Shown here: piece after piece, positions 61,870-64,000 of the stretch
How positions within the stretch are numbered: position 1 is the stretch's first letter
How the letters are laid out: the number at the start of each line of letters is the position of its first letter
NCBI RefSeq assembly: GCF_964194155.1
Contig: NC_135880.1
Location: forward strand, 148,242,001-148,306,000
DNA: 64,000 nt
Source of the DNA: Cetorhinus maximus
Taxonomy: Eukaryota
Reading direction: 5' to 3'
Notes under the pieces: model-generated
Told to the model about the DNA's origin: nothing
Database searches by the model: none
What the model saw: the letters and a program-made list of their open reading frames with translations, nothing else
Made by a program: the position numbers and the translations under genes

Positions 61870-64000
61870 TACAATAAAAGCAAAATACTGCGGATGCTGG
61901 AAATCTGGAACAAAAACAAAAATACCTGGAAAAACACAGCAGGTCTGACAGCATCTGCAGAGAGGGATACATCTGACGTTTTGAGTCCATATGACCCTTT
62001 GTCAGAACTAAGACATATAGAAATGAGATGAAATATAAGCTGGTAGAGGTGGGTGGTACTGGAGAGCTCAATAGGGGGCCAGAGATAGGTGGAGGCCAAG
62101 AAGAGACTGCCAAAGATGTCATAGACAAAAGGACAAAGGTGTGTTGATGGTGGTGATATTATCTAAAGGATGTGCTAATGGGGACATTAAGGGAAGCAAG
62201 CTAGTGGCAGATGGTCCTAGTGCGGGTAGGGTAGGGGAAAGGGATCGAAATGGGCTAAAAGGTGGAGATGAAACAATAGATCGAAATAAATTTAAAAATA
62301 GGAGGAAAAGAAAAGAAATATAGTGTAAAAAAATTATAAATTATTGGAAAAGGGGGGATCGGAAAGGGGGTGGGGATGGAGGAGAGAGCTCATGATCTGA
62401 AATTGTTGAGCTCATGATCTGAAATTTTTGAACTCAATATTAAGTCCGGAAGGCTGTAAAGTGCCTAGTCGGAAGATGAGGTGCTGTTCCTCCAGTTTGT
62501 GTTGAGCTTCACTGGAACATTGCAGCAGGCCAAGGACAGACATGTGGGCATGAGAGCAGGGTGGTGCGTTGAAACGGCAAGCGACAGGGAGGTCTGGGTC
62601 ATGTTTGCGGACAGACTGAAGGTGTTCCGCAAAGTGGTCACCCAGTCTGTGTTTGGTCTCTCCAATGTAGATGAGACCGCATTGGGAGCAGCAAATGCAG
62701 TAGACTAAATTGAGGGAAGTACAAATGAAGTGCTGCTTCACTTGAAAGGAGTGTTTGGGCCCTTGGATGGTGAGGAGGGGGGGAAGTAAAGGGGCAAGCG
62801 TTGCACCTTCTACGGTTGTATGGGAAGGTGCCGTGGGAAGGGGTTGAGGTGTAGGGGGTGATGGAGGAGTGGTCCAGGGTGTCCCGGAGGGAATGGTCCC
62901 TGCGGAAAGTTGCCAGGGGGGTGAATGGAAGGTGTGTTTGGTTGTGGCATCATGCTGGATTTGGCGTAAATGACAGAGGATGATCCTTTGAACGCGGATG
63001 CTGGTGGGGTGATAACTGAGGACAAGGGGGACCCTATCATGGTTCTGGGAGGGAGAGGAAGGTGTGAGGGTGGATGCGCAGGAGATGGGCCGGACACGGT
63101 TAAGGGCCCTGTCAACCACTGTGGGTGGAAAACTTTGGTTAAGGAAGAAGGAAGACATGTCAGAGGAACTGTTTTTGAAAGTGGCATCATCAGAACAGAT
63201 GCGACAGAGGCGAAGGAACTGAGAGAAAGGGATGGAGTCCTTACAAGAAGCGGGGTGTGAGGAGCTGTAGTCGAGGTAGCTGTGGGAGTCGGTAGGTAAT
63301 AAATATTGGTGGACAGCCAATCACCAGAAATTGAGACTGAGAGGTCAAGGAAGGGAAGGGAAGTGTCAGAGATGGACCACGTGAAAATGATGGAGAGGTG
63401 GAAATTGGAAGCAAAATTAATACATTTTTCAAGATCCAGATGAGAGCATGAAGCGGCACCGAAGCAATCATCGATATACCGGAGAAAGAGTTGTGGGAGG
63501 GGGCCTGAGTAGGACTGGAACAAGGAATGTTCCACATACCCTATAAAGAGACAGGCATAACTGGGGCCCATGCGGGCACCCATAGCCACACCTTTTATTT
63601 GGATGAAGTGAGATGAGTTTAAGGAGAAATTGTTCAGTGAGAGAACAAATTCAGCCAGACGGAGGAGAGTAGTGGTGGATGGGGATTGTTTGGGCCTATG
63701 TTCGAGGAAGAAGCGGAGTCCCCTCAGACCACCCCGGTGGGGGATGGAGGTGTAGAGGGATTGGACGTCCATGGTGAAGAGGAGGCGGTTGGGGCCAGGG
63801 AACTGGAAATTTTTGATATGATATAGGGCGTGAGAGGAATCATGAATATAGGTGGGGAGAGACTGAACAAGGGGAGAGAGAATGGAGTCAAGATAGCAAG
63901 AAATGAGTTCCGTGGGGCAGGAACAGGCTGACACAATCAGTCTGCCGGGACAGTCATGTTTGTGGATTTTGGGTAGGAGGTAGAAGTGGGCAGTCCAAGG
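61870..64000 (-). mobile_element. PLE (RT + GIY-YIG + terminal repeat), continues beyond window
   Basis: FTMDVQSLYTSIP, GVAMGARMGPSYA, FLRYIDD, FLDL, YIGET; frameshifts; 22-bp tandem duplication near 62386-62430; decayed hammerhead motif near 61972-62010. Confidence 0.95.

Overview
Eukaryotic, transposon-saturated non-coding DNA, most likely from a cartilaginous fish (inferred from HER1/CR1-type LINE ends, Deu-domain and tRNA SINEs and the abundant Penelope-like family). No intact host protein-coding gene is evident and nearly all ORFs in the track are TE fragments or antisense shadows. The window holds Penelope-like elements (RT + GIY-YIG) whose terminal repeats carry minimal hammerhead ribozymes; a Harbinger/PIF family (decayed transposase plus convergent three-exon Myb/SANT gene, deletion derivatives and MITEs with GGG(C/T)AGAATTTT-like ends and 3-bp TSDs); several Gypsy LTR relics; and CR1/L2 LINEs and SINEs. 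The main finding is an intronless, decayed copy of the N-terminal coiled coil of nucleoporin TPR (about 16325-17210). It sits directly after the protease of a Gypsy relic and carries three frame-preserving internal deletions, which suggests host-gene capture by an LTR retrotransposon. Second, both LTRs of another Gypsy element carry different Harbinger MITEs at the same nucleotide. All family assignments come from motif recognition, not database searches.
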